Shown: positions 1 through 25,759 of the stretch, piece after piece
How positions within the stretch are numbered: the first letter of the stretch is position 1
Layout: each line of letters opens with the position of its first letter
Source: Lama guanicoe
Taxonomy: Eukaryota
NCBI GenBank assembly: GCA_013239625.1
Contig: MU053934.1
Location: 5,970,399-6,034,398 of the forward strand
DNA length: 64,000 nt
Reading direction: 5' to 3'
The notes under the pieces: model-generated
The model's database searches: none
What the model was told of the DNA's origin: nothing
Seen by the model: only the letters and a program-made list of their open reading frames with translations
Program-made: the position numbers and the translations under genes

Positions 1-490
1 GGGGAAACCGAGAGCAGTAAGGTTAAATATCTTGCGCATAATCACACAGGTAATAAGTGGTAGAGCCTGGATTCAAACTCAGGCAAATCTGGTTTGAGAG
101 CCCATATTTTTAACGTAATGATTGCCACCATTTATTGAGCACTTGCTATGTGCAAGTCACTGTTTTTAGCACTTTCCGTATTAACCCTTACTTTTCCCCT
201 AAAGCCTATGAAATAGGTGGAATTGTCCTCATTTACAGACGCAGAAATGGAGGCACTGAGATTGATCCGCTGCAGGTCGTACAGCTAGTAAGCAGTAGAG
301 AGGGTATTTGAGCCCTGGCCTAGAGCCCAAACTCTTCACACCTTTTCTGCTGCATGCCAGGTAGATTTTAGATTTATATACAATGTTTCATTTATATGTC
401 AGAAAGTGTGATCCAAATATTGTTCTTGTTTTATAGATGAGAAAATTGAGGCCCAGAGAGGTTAAATGCCTAGTTAGGATCAGAGCTGAA
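1..490 (+). mobile_element. Cluster of MIR SINE fragments
   Basis: Repeated MIR core motifs (ATTTATTGAGCACTT, ACAGATGAGAAAATTGAGGCCCAGAGAGGTTAAAT-like, GGATTCAAACTCAGG). Further MIR pieces lie at about 20080-20400, 50710-51090, 59215-59400, 59830-60010, 60495-60620 and 63440-63600. Confidence 0.7.
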
Positions 491-573
491 TCCATAGCCA
501 TGATGTAGCTAGTGTGTTTCCTGCTTCTTAAATTCTTTTACGGATAGTCTGGATACCAAATTTTGTTTTCTAC

Positions 574-692
574 TTTTTTTTCGGGGGGGGTGGTTGGTAA
601 TTTGATTGACTGATTGAGTTAATGGAGGTACTGAGGATTGAACCCAGGACCTCATGCATGCATGCACTCTACCACTGAACTATACCCTCCCC
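574..692 (-). mobile_element. tRNA-derived SINE (Vic-1-like, camelid)
   Basis: Reverse complement GGGGAGGGTATAGTTCAGTGGTAGAG...GTCCTGGGTTCAATCCTCAGTACCTCC with A and B boxes and an A tail. Confidence 0.8.
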
Positions 693-1150
693 TCTGTGTA
701 CCTAATTAAGTTTTCTCTGACTTAAATTGTTTTTGAGTTGAAATTATTTTGTTGTACATATGCTGAAGGAGAAAAATGAGATTCTAAAATACATCTTTCC
801 CAGAAAGTCTTCATGAGGCACCTTGCTTAGAATATTTTCACATCACTGCATTCTGTTCAAATTGTGTTAAAATATCATCATTTGTAAATCCACTGAAGGA
901 GCTTGTTGAATTCCTAATACATGTTTTCTGTCTTGCTAAGGTATTTTGTTGAGTTGCAATTGAGAAATGTATAAGAGTAATGATCCTGGTGTTTGCAAAA
1001 GAGCTGTTTGATTCTGCCTGCCACTTGGCCCAAAAGTGTTGACTTGACCAAGAACTGGAAAGGGGGTTGATAGCAGATCTGCAGCCTCCCTTCCCACACA
1101 CTAAGCCAACTGTGATTCCTTCTGCCTGGTTTGTGTCATCCTTCCACTAG

Positions 1151-15163
<14,013 letters not shown>

Positions 15164-15567
15164 GCCGTCCTCACTGCCAGCGCGGCCGCCTGGCTGAGGC
15201 CAACCTAGGGTGCCTCTATTGCCACCACCCCTCCACTCCACTTTACTTTGGAGACTGAGCCTTTTGCATAAATTCTGCCTGGTGCTGTGAGGGCCGGGCC
15301 CCAAAGGAACAGCCAGGGTCTCCCTGACCCGCCCTGTTGCCTGTGCCCGTCTCTTGGGCAAGGCCTACACAACAGGGGCTGCCTGAGACCCACAACCTTG
15401 CCTGTTAGCAACCCCCTCTCCAGCCAGAGTTCCTAAAGCCCTTTATTAAATGTAGCCTCTCTCCACACCCACCATGTCACTCAGCTGCCGGGGTCGGGGG
15501 CTGACCCCATCACACTGGAAGATTAGTCGGTTGTGGGGGGTGTGCTTATGCCCAAGCAAGTCACAGA

Positions 15568-15573
15568 AATAAA
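15568..15573 (+). terminator. Candidate L3MBTL2 poly(A) signal AATAAA (an ATTAAA also lies at 15445-15450)
   Basis: First canonical AATAAA on + after the stop codon; usage not verifiable from sequence. Confidence 0.45.
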
Positions 15574-17240
15574 GACGTGGAGCAGCTCCCGAGGCGGAGA
15601 CGGCCACCCAATTGATGGCTTGTGGTGTGATGGGTGCATCGTCTGCCTGATAATGTGCCAACCAAGTGGAACGGCCCATCCTGCCTCCTGAGTCTGTGCC
15701 CTGCTCCTCCTCGCCCCCTTGGGGGGCTGGGAGCCCCGTGCAGGCACCCAGCTCTGGCAAGAGCTGAGCAGCAGTGACCAAGATGTGGGTTTCGGTGACT
15801 TGTGAGGTGGCTTTGAGCAACTTTGTTGGCATGAATACGGGCTCCATTCTCCATTTCTAAAAGGAACCATGCAGCAGAGGCGGGGTCTACACCTTGGTAA
15901 AGGGGGCTTGCCGGGGCCCAGGGTGGGAAGACCACACCAGCCCCTTTGCCACTGGGGAGCTTGGTGGTAGAAGCAAGGCAGGGGCAGCAGGACTGAGAGG
16001 AGAGCTCAGCGTGTGTGTGCATGTCCTGAGAGGGAGACGGCTGCTGGCGTTGACCTGCTCTGGAGCCCAGCTGGCCCAGGACCTGTCCTTTTCACTCCCC
16101 TCCTACCTGCTAGCCAGGGTCAGGTCTGGCCCTACCAGAAAGTCACGGGGCCTCGACAGAGGGGAGCGGTCAGCCCAGCTGGCTGAGGTCGCCCTGAAGG
16201 AGCTCCTGGAGGAAGGGGGAAGGGGAGGCTTCTGGCTCCTTTTCTCACTATCATGTCCTTAACTCCATGACGTATTTTGACTCCCCTGCTCCTGTCCGAA
16301 GTTACATTCTAGAAGTTCACCTAGTGTCTGCCCAAATTTCAGCTGCTTTTATTTTTCCCAGTTAGTCTCCGCTGAAGCTGTCTCCTCCCTCTGATCTGTC
16401 CTCTCTTCAACGGTTCCTCTTCCTGGAACCTAAGGTGGTGGCAGGCGGCTGCCCTCAGCCTTTTTCTTCCCTTCTGTGTTTTTGGGTAGAGACAGCATGG
16501 TCGGGTGGGCCTGTGTCGTGCTTTAAGGGCTGCGGCTGTGCTGGGTGGGTGTCCAGCTGCCTGCTCTGTGAGCTGGTCCGTTAAGCTGCCACGGTCCACG
16601 CTTGCCAGTTGGTGTGCTGGCCTTGGTGTGCTCAGGACCCAGCTGTTGAGTGTCATCCCAGAGACGGTGCAGTCCTAAGGGAGCCGATTTCCAGTCAGTT
16701 CAAGGAGATCCTTTCTTCTTTTCTAAAGCAGTAGGCAGGCCCACGTGGTACAGAAGGTATCCTCTTGCAGCCCTAATTCCCCAGAGCGTGACTAGGTGTG
16801 TAACACAGTGCTGACCAAGGACGGGCAGGTCCCAGGACAGGGCCAGTCTCACACCAGACTTGGGTGGTGATGGGGGAAGAGAAAAGCATGGGTGTGCACT
16901 TTGCTCTGCTCGTGGCACCCTGCCTTTGCTGAGGTAACCTGGCCAGCTGAGAATTCATTGTCCTGGATGCCCTTGCAGGGGAAGGATCCAGTTCTGACCA
17001 AAGAGCTGGGAAAACAGGACTTGTACAGCATTTTGGCCTTTGGTTCCTTCTTCCTGAATGAAGAAGTGATGTCCACAGGTGCCGTGGGCACAAAAGTCCC
17101 ACGGTGATGGCAGAGCTGGAGGACAAGTTTAGCTGCCATGCCAGCCCTGGACTTCTTATCTTGTATGAGATAATTAAATCCCTTTCTAGCTGAGGTCCAG
17201 TTTATCAGAGTTCTGTTCCTTACAGTCAGAGTGCATTCTG

Positions 17241-17382
17241 GTGAGGGTACAGCTCAGTGGTCAAGTGTGTGCTTAGCATGCATGAGGTCCTGGGTTCAAT
17301 CCTCAGTACCTCTATTAGATAGATAGGCAGACAGACAGACAGACAGATGAACCTAATTACCTACCCACCAAACAATTAAAAA
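17241..17382 (+). mobile_element. tRNA-derived SINE (Vic-1-like) with (GACA)n tail and 11-bp TSD AGTGCATTCTG
   Basis: A and B boxes; TSD at 17230-17240 and 17383-17393. Confidence 0.85.
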
Positions 17383-18711
17383 AGTGCATTCTGACATGCC
17401 ACCACACAGTGTCAATTATGATTAGGTGAGTTCACACGAGTGCAAAACAATAAGGAATAAATGTCGCCTGTCATCCCCTGAGTTCCCTGTCTCCATAGCA
17501 ACGACATGCTACATTCGCATTTATGTTTGCCATTCCCCTCCCAAGACCCTGAGTTCCCCAAAGGCCAAGCCCATGTTTGTGTCCCTTGTGCTTGGCACAA
17601 AGGTGCCCCCATGAGTGTGGGACAGTGTACCTAACTTGTATTGCTGGGGCCTAGAGGTCAATTTTATTTCTCACAGATGGAAGTGCTGACCTCTGGAATG
17701 TTTTAACTCGGCCCAGAATGAAACTTTTGCCTCTTGGTGGGAACTGGAGGTCCTGTCAGAGTCTCAGCAGTGGGACCACCCAGTGGCTGGGAGACACCCT
17801 AACAAACAACCGTTTCACTCCCTGCTTCCACAGCTGGAGGACCTGCAGGGTTCCCTGGTGCAGATCAGGCCACATGCAAACTCTGGAGGAAGCCCCTGCA
17901 CCTTCCTTTACTGTCACCCCGTCTACACCCTGGGCTCTGCTGGAGGGACGGGGAAGGAAGGGAACTGCCACTTGTGACAGCCTCGTGTGCAGGCGCTGGT
18001 CTGCACTCGTTCAGGCCCGTACTTCATCTTCACTATAATCCTGTGAGGACACGTTGACTTCGTTTTGCAGATACGAAAAAGAAGTCTCGTTAAAATTTAG
18101 TAACTTGGTGGCTGAAACGCCCAGCTGTTAAAAGGCAGCAGTGGAATTAAAGCCAGGCTGGTCCTCCACGCACCCTCTAGTGCTCAGCACCTGCCGCCAG
18201 GTGAGCGCCCCAGCCCAGAACACCCTGCCAGGTGCCTCTTTCAATGCCTTTGTATTCCTGGGAGGAAACTGCTGCTTTCATCAAAATAAAAAGAAAAAAA
18301 ATCTAGACCTCCAGGGCTAGTGTTTGGTGGAATATCTTCACGTCAGAAATGATGGACAGAAGGAATGGTCTGAGAGGTCCCGATTCCCGTTACAGCCACC
18401 AAACTGTCACCATACGTTATGGGGGGAGGGTCTCTGAACGACAGCCCTAACCTGGGGGGGACCCATGCGCCCCACCCCACCCCGGGCTGATGCAGGGAGA
18501 AAGCCCTGAGGCTGTTTACTAGCACAGATCCTGGTGGAAAGTGCCACACCAGTGTTAGCTGAGGTGAGTTTCGCTGTTGTCATTAACCCTGGTTCCAGGA
18601 CTCCTAAGGCCAAAATGCTCGCCCTTGGCCTCCCAGCCCACCTCCACAAGGAACAGTTTCGGGTTGGACGATGTCTCCACAAAGAAGGTACACCTCAGCA
18701 TGAGCTCTGCT

Positions 18712-19077
18712 TCACAGAGGGAATCAAGTTAAAATGAGGTCACCAGCGTGGGCCCTAATCCAGTGACTCATGTCCTCATAAAAAGGGGAAATTTGGACAC
18801 AGAAATAGCGGGAAGATGATGTGAAGAGACACAGGTGACACCACATGACGACAGAGGAAGAGGGTGGAGTTGTGCTGCCACAGTCAAGGAACATCCGGGG
18901 CCACCAGAAGCTGGAAGGGGTGCAGAAGGAGCCTCCGCTAGAGCCCGTGGAGGGAGCACAGCCCTGCTAACTAACACCTGGATTCAGATGCCCAGACTCC
19001 ACAACAGCGAGACAAGAAATCTCTTCTAAACCACCCAGTTTGTGGTACTCTGACGGCAACCCTATGGAATCAATACA
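18712..19077 (+). mobile_element. MLT1-type (MaLR) solo LTR
   Basis: AAGTTAAAATGAGGTCA...GGGCCCTAATCCAGTGACT...CCACCCAGTTTGTGGTACT...AATACA. Confidence 0.75.
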
Positions 19078-19778
19078 AACACCCTCAGATGGTCCCAGGG
19101 CCCCCCAAGCCTTTAAAGTGTAGGTCCAGATAGGCAGGGTCCTCACCCCACCTTCCCAGGGCCCCGCCGTGCTGGTCAGTTTCCCTCTAAGGCCTGCGGC
19201 CCCTACGGACCCTCGCCGTACAGCAGGTGTTCCCACATGGAGGGGCAGCCACATCCTGCTCACCCTTCTCTGATGAGCTGAGAGATTTTGCTACAACTGA
19301 GCTTTCCAGCGTGAATGGATCTGTCAGGATGGCAAACCTAATGTCAGGGGAGTGGTGGAGTGACGCAGAGTGGAGTCCGACCTGCAGTGCCAACAACACA
19401 CCTGCACTCCTGCCCTTCCCGCCCCAGGGCCGCGCGAGGCCCCTGAGATCAGGTGGGAAAGGGCTGAGTCAAGAGGATCCAACAAGAACAGTCACAGCAG
19501 GATTCTCATGGACACACAGGGTCCCATGATGCTGCGGCTTCATCGGAAAGGCCACTGTCCCCCAGGATGAAACACCGTGTAGGCATTTCCTTACAAACCC
19601 GCCTGGGGCTTTGCCAGGTGAGGAGAGCCGGGTGGACGCTACTGAACGGAGGAAACAGTCATCGCCCAGATCTAGAACCACACAAACTGGGACCAAGACA
19701 AATCAGACCCCTGCTACCCCAGGAGCTTTGGAAACTGACCCACCCACCAAGGCTCCCCACACCTGCCCTCCAGCCAAC

Positions 19779-19977
19779 CTTGTCTGCTCTCTGCCGTCTT
19801 CCCTTCATGGGGGTTCTCTGGGCACTGGGCCGGGGGGCTGGCGTCCGCTTGGCCTTCCTGGCAGCCCAGCCCGGGCAGGCTTCAAAGACAGCAGCTGCCG
19901 CCTTCACCCTCTGGCCACGGGCACTGGAAGGAGTGGCACAGGTGGCCCCTACACGCAGGTTCAGCCCAGTGAGCCAC
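19779..19977 (-). CDS. CHADL: CHADL exon 5 (LRRCT end, basic tail)
   Basis: tcag|GTGGC...CAAG|gttgg; WLTGLNLRVGATCATPSSARGQRVK...CPGWAARKAKR...RADK. Confidence 0.9.
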
Positions 19978-20679
19978 CTGAGAGAAAAGGGGGTTCGGGG
20001 AAGCCACTGTGCTGAGCTTTCCTGAGGAAAGTAAGTCTTCAGGAACTGGCGGCAGTGGGACCTAGTGGGTGACAGCAGACTCTGGAGAGAATCCTGGCTT
20101 AGCTGCTCACCAGTTATGTGACCCTGGCAAGTCACTTCAAACCTCAATCCCCTCCCTGCAAAAGGGGGGTAGTAATAAACAGTTCCAGAGGGCTGGTGAC
20201 CCAGACACGGTTCAAACCAATCTAGATATGACATCTAATTTAATGCAGTTCTTACAAACAACCACCATGAGGTGGATACAATCACTATCATCCCATTTAC
20301 AGATGAGGAAGCAGCACAGAGAGGCCTCATGGCTCAGTTAGACAGCCAGTAGAGCTGGATTTGAGCTCAGGCATGCCGGACTTCAGGGTTCTTGCTGCTT
20401 TCTTATGTAATTATGTGAAGTGCCCATGTACACTAGGTCCCACCCCACTAGCCTGGGCAGATTTCATTCCCACTTTATGGACCAGGGAATAGAAGCTCAA
20501 AGAAGCCCACCCCAAGCACCGTGGATGGTTGGCTCCCCCAGGAAGGGCAGCTGAGCCTGGTAGGGCCCTCACCCGCCAAAGATGCTCAGCTGGCGCAGAC
20601 TTGGCACTCCAGGGAGAGTGGAGGCTTGACTGAGAGCAGCCGGGGGCCCCTGGCTGGGGGTCCAGGTTAGGGTGCTCAC

Positions 20680-20846
20680 CTGTGAAGCGGGAGCAGCTGG
20701 CAGTCACAGTGGAAGGGATTGCTGCTGAGGTCGATGAGCTCCAGCTGGCTGAGAGCGGGCAGGGCAGGCAGGGCCTGCAGCTGGTTCTTCTGCAGGTGTA
20801 GGCTCTGGAGCCGGGGCCCCAGGCCCGAGAAGGCCCCGGGAGAAAT
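20680..20846 (-). CDS. CHADL: CHADL exon 4
   Basis: gcag|ATTTCT...ACAG|gtgag; ISPGAFSGLGPRLQSLHLQKNQL...SSNPFHCDCQLLPLHR. Confidence 0.94.
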
Positions 20847-21375
20847 CTGCAAGGAGGCACCAGGCCCTGGTGTGAGGTCCTGCCAGGACTGTCCCACCCC
20901 CAAGGCCTGGGAGGGGGCCCCATGCTGCCCTAGCAGAAGGAGAATGGAGTGCCCAAGGAGGGCAGAAAGGGCAGTGCCAGGGTGGAAACCCAGGTTGGTC
21001 CTATGCCAAAGCACTTGCCCTCTGCAAGTCACCCAGATCCCTAGTTCATGTTTCTCTCTGCTACACCCAGATGCCCCACAGAATGGCAAAGCCCTGCCCA
21101 CAAAGTGTGCAACAGTAGGTAATCCCATGGACCCATGTTCCTCCTCCAGGCCTCGGCAGTGCCCTACCTGGCAAGGCCCTCCGTGAGCACGGGATTCCTC
21201 CTGCTCTGTCACCCACACCTGAGCCCCCTGGGGCAGGCCTAGCATCTGGCTTATCTCAGGGACTTCACCCCCAGCTCAGGCCTGGCATCGCAGGGGTGGT
21301 AATCTTTGCTAAGTGAACACAAGCTGCACAGGGCCTCATGCTGCCTCCCTTCACCCTTACACCCTCTGTGCCCAC

Positions 21376-23061
21376 CTGCTCCAGGCCACTGCTGTTCAGG
21401 AAGAGGTGTTGCAGTGAGTGGCCCACGGGCTGGAAGGCCCCATCTCTCAGGGCCCTGAGTGGGTTCCCCGAGAGCTGTAGCTCCAGGAGAGCAGGAAGCC
21501 CCTCCAGTGCCCTAGTGGGCACCTCTTGCAGCTGGTTCCTGTCTAGGTGCAGCTTCTCCAGCTCTGGGGCTGGGCCCAGTGCCCCAGGGGACACTTGGGT
21601 GATGCGGTTCCCACTTAGGTAGAGCCAGCGCAAGGCCTGCAAGCCTGACAGCTCCCCGGGGACCAGGTGTTCCACAGCATTGTGCTGTAGGTGCAGGGAG
21701 AAGAGGCTGGGCAGGGCGCGCAGGGCAGCCCCTGGCACCTGTAGGAAGCGGTTGTGCTCCAGGTACAGGTAGCCAAGGCGGGGGGCCCCTTCCAGGGCGG
21801 CAGCGCTGAGGCCTGACAGCCTGTTATCAGAGAGGTAGAGGTAGATCAGGCTGCCGAGTCCTGCCAGGGCGTCTGCCTCCAGCTCCGTGATGCCACAGTG
21901 CTGCAGGTGCAGAGACACCAGGAGGTCCAGGCCCAGGAAGGCCTCTCGGGGTACCAAGGGGAAGTGGTTCCGCCTCAAGTCCAGGAGTTGGGTGTCATTT
22001 GGGAAGCCGCGGGGCACTGCCCGCAGCCCTTGGCCTTCGCAGCCACTATGCCGGGACTCCGGGGCGCATACGCAGGCGCGCGGGCAGGGCCCGGCCTCCT
22101 CCTTGGGGGCACCGGCAGGGGCGCGGGGCCGCGAGGCAGCCAGCTCCTCTTCCCTCTCCTCTGCCCCTGCTTCCGAGCAGCGCAGGTCCGAGGGCCGCAG
22201 GGCGTCCAGGGCCTCGCCGCGCAGGCGCCGGGGCCCCCAGCAGGCGCCATCCGAGCGCACGCGCGCACGCGCCAGCCACTCGAGCAGCGGCTGGGCCTGG
22301 CAGCCGCACCACAGCGGGTTCCCCTGCAGCCGCAGCCGGCGCAGCAGTCCCGGGCCCTGCAGCGGCGGCAGGGCGTCCAGCTGGTTCCCACGGAGGTCCA
22401 GTGTGTGCAGGCGGGGGCAGTGGGCGAAGGCCCTGGGGTCCAGGGCCTGCAGGGCCCCGTGGTCCAGCCTCAGCTCCCGCAGGCCAGGCAGCGCCAGCTC
22501 GTCCTCCTCCCCCACGTAGGTGAAGGGGTTGTGGCCCAGCTCGAGGCGGGCCAGGCCGCGGGCCTGGGACAAGGCTGGCCCAGGCAGGGACTGCAGCTCG
22601 TTGTGGTGCAGGCTGAGCCGGCGCAGGGCCGGCAGGCCGGCCAGGGCCTCGGGGGCTAGCACGCTGAGCGCGTTGTGGGATAGCTGCAGCCAACGCATGC
22701 GCACCAGGCCCTGGAAGGCCATGGAGGGCAGGTAGACGAGAGCGTTGTGGGCCAGGTTCAGCGTGGCCAGCGCGCCCAGCGCCCCAAACGTGCCCGGCCG
22801 CAGCTCCTCCAGCATGTTGCTCTCCAGCTCCAGTCGCTGCAGCGAGCCCAACCCATCCAGCGCCTCCTGGGGCAGCGCGCTCACGTGGTTGGAGGCCAAG
22901 TTGAGGAGGAGCAGGCGGCCCAGGCCACGGAAGGCACCCTCGGCGACCAGCTCCACCTGGCAGTGCCGCAGGTCCAGATGTGTCAGGTAAGGCAGGTCCT
23001 GGAAGGCAGCTGGCGGGATCACCTTCAGCATGTTGCCCTGGAGGTCCAACCTCTGGGTCAG
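21376..23061 (-). CDS. CHADL: CHADL exon 3 (1686 nt, most of the LRRs; intragenic CpG island)
   Basis: ctcag|CTGACC...GCAG|gtggg; LTQRLDLQGN...LFLNSSGLEQ with repeated LxxLxLxxN motifs. Confidence 0.96.
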
Positions 23062-23610
23062 CTGAGCGGGGAGAGGTAGAGGAGGCTGAGCAGCACAAGA
23101 CCACGACCTGTGCCCCTTGCTAACCCTGGCCTCTGTGCTTGCTGTTCCTTCACCTGGAACACTCTCCTCCCCTTCATCTTTCCCTCATTCTCTTCATCCT
23201 GCTCCCTGACACCTCCTCCGGGAAGCCTTCCTCTCCAGCCCCTTGGGTATCCCCCACTCTGGCACTTCTCACAGTGAATTGTCATTGCTCATTTACTTTC
23301 TCTTCCTCTCTAGCTCTTGACTTCATAGGACAGAAAGCATATCTTATTCCAGTACATCCCCAGTTCTCTGCCACAGGACCTGTAATTAATTCAGTATGTA
23401 TATGGATCACCTAACTTTTTCCAATCACATAGGATTTTAAATAGATTGTTTTCCTGTTGTTTGTCATTATTATTCCAGTTTTATAGACGTTAAGACTGAG
23501 GCTCAGAGAGAAGTGACTTGCCGGGGCCTCCCAGGCAGGCAGTGGCAGGTCCACTGGTGCCAGCCCAGGCTCCTCGTGCTGTCCTCCCCACCAAACCTTG
23601 CCCTGCTGAC

Positions 23611-23779
23611 CTCAGGGATAGCATCCGGCACCTCGGTGAGGTTCTGGTGCCGGCAGGCAACATGCCGCCTGGAATTGTCGCAGACGCAGGTCTGCGGGCA
23701 GCGTTGGGCAGCTGCATGCCAGGTTGGCCCCAGCGGCAGCAGCAGAGGAAGCAGCAGCACCAAGGAGACACTTTGGGGC
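23611..23779 (-). CDS. CHADL: CHADL exon 2 (signal peptide, LRRNT)
   Basis: ctcag|GCCC...TGAG|gtcag; PQSVSLVLLLPLLLPLGPTWHAAAQRCPQTCVCDNSRRHVACRHQNLTEVPDAIPE. Confidence 0.93.
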
Positions 23780-25296
23780 CTGAGAGAGAGAGCGAGGGTC
23801 AGTTGTTTCTAAGGGCAAGGGTCCCAAGCTGTCCATTCGCTGGGCACCAGCTCTTGTTCCTAGAGCCCCTCAGATGTTTTCCTCCTTTGGCCTCAGGGAA
23901 GGTGTTACTACCCTGAGCCTCCAGCCCCTCCACGAAGCAGAGGTTCCATCGTTAGCCCTGTTTGACACCAGAGGAAACAGGCTCAGACAGGCAGTCTCGC
24001 GGGTCCCCTGATTGTCTGCCTGGTGGCTCAGCAAGCCCTTGCTAAATGTGGTTCAGAGGTGTGCCCAGGCTGTGGAGAGGCTCCTTGGGGGAGGCCTGAC
24101 CTTCCAGGGTGAGGTTGGTGGTGGAGAGAGGAGCAGTCTGTCCTCAGACAGATGTGGCATCAGCACCACGTGGCAGGAACATAATGGTAGCCACCTCGAG
24201 AAGACAGCCTGGCAGCCATGGGAAGGACCAGGCTCGCCCTGAGTTGTGAGGCAAGACTTGGGGGACCAGGTATCCTGGGATCAGAGAGCCTTGAGGAGCC
24301 TTAATGGTTGGTCCAGAGCCACACTGACAGGTGAGCAGGTCGCTCTGCCTTCTCTTGTTTATTCCCCTATTGTCTTCTCTTCATCTTAGTGCCACCCAGC
24401 TGGCCTGGACTAGGGTGGGGGGAACTGAGTGTATGGGCTGGGTGCTGTGCTTTGGGCAGGATCTGTCTACTTACCTGTCTGTCCACCCACCTCCACCCGC
24501 TCCCCATCCACCTGGACCCTTCTGGACCTTTCATCTCATAGCTACTGCCTGCTTCTGCTTAGGGACAACTCCACCACGGTGGCACTCCTGGCTTCCCAAG
24601 CATTCCGCTCACCACCAGCAACCAAAGAGAACTCTCCAAAATACAGACAGGCCCTGCCACCCCCAACTGAAGACCCTCCAGCATCTTTTCATTGCTTTTG
24701 CTTTAAAGTCCTGACTCCCGATTCCGCTGGAATCTGCTCAAATCCTTCAGTGTCACCCTTGGCTCCCCCACCAGAAGCACAGAACAGAGCCTCATCCTCT
24801 CTGTCTGTGACATCTAGCTCTTGCCTCTGTCCTCAGCTCATGGCAGGGCCTCTAAGCAGCTCTTCCTGATCCCTGGGCTGGCTCCCACCCTGAGCCTCCC
24901 CTATTTCCTCTCTTTGGATTGTCACCATCTTTTTTTCAGTCTCCTTGGGGTCGGTGGCATCCTCCAGAGTCTGTAGTGAGGCTGAGGCTCAGGGCAGGCC
25001 AGAGAGGGGGGCCCATGGGGACAGATCCCTGAAGGGACAAGCATCCAGACCTTAGAGGGCTGCCAGGCTCTCAGAACAGCTCCTGGAGGACGAGCCCAGG
25101 GGAGCCCCAGGGAGCAGCCACATTCATCATATTCTGCAGAGCCCACTTCTGGGGAGACCCTCGGAGAATCTCTGCCCCGGCAGATCCCACAGCCCCTGGC
25201 CCCCAGCCCCTGAGAGGCCCAGAGAGGGGCAGGGGCTTGTCTGCAGCCGCTCGCCTCCTCTCACCCACCTCGCAACCTCAGGGCCCAAAGACTCAC

Positions 25297-25304
25297 CCCG
25301 CCAT
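25297..25304 (-). CDS. CHADL: CHADL exon 1 coding part (ATG GCG GG)
   Basis: ggcATGG Kozak context followed by a strong donor GG|gtgagt; phase 2 matches exon 2. Confidence 0.85.
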
Positions 25305-25620
25305 GCCGTTCAGGGCCAGTCCAGCCTGGAGACACAGCGTAGGGAAAGGCCAGCGACAGTCCCTGCCTGGACGCCAGCAGGAGCCCCCCTCCTGGCCCAC
25401 AGGCCTGGCAGCGAGGACAGGGCTGAATGAGAGGCATTGTGGGCAGCCCAGCCTGAGGCGGAGGTGAGGGAGGGGCGGGCATGGCGGGAGCAGCGGCTGG
25501 AGTTACAGGGCCTCCTGCTCAGAATCCTGGCCCAGGCCTGGACCGGAATCCCCAGACCAGCCCAGTAGGGAGGAGCCTCAGGGCGCCGGCCAGTGGCTCC
25601 CAGACCTAGGCTTCCTCCAG
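25305..25620 (-). promoter_or_regulatory. CHADL 5'UTR and proximal promoter (GC-rich, GC box)
   Basis: Immediately upstream of the ATG; GGGGCGGG at 25472-25479; TSS not resolvable. Confidence 0.45.
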
Positions 25621-25759
25621 GCTGTAGGACTCTGGGCCGGGCTGGGTCAGTTTCCTACTCCAAAAAAGCATAGTAACTGGCTCATAGGGTTGTGGTGGGA
25701 GTTAAGGTAGGCACCTGGCACATAGTAGACCCTGAAGAACGGTTAACTCTGCCCTGTTT

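Noticed and set aside
22046..23104. 352-aa alternative-frame ORF and several antisense ORFs (210, 253, 174 aa) over CHADL exon 3
   Set aside because: Low-complexity Pro/Ala/Gly/Arg translations expected from GC-rich coding DNA; the 352-aa ORF starts at a non-ATG codon inside the intron; no recognisable domain
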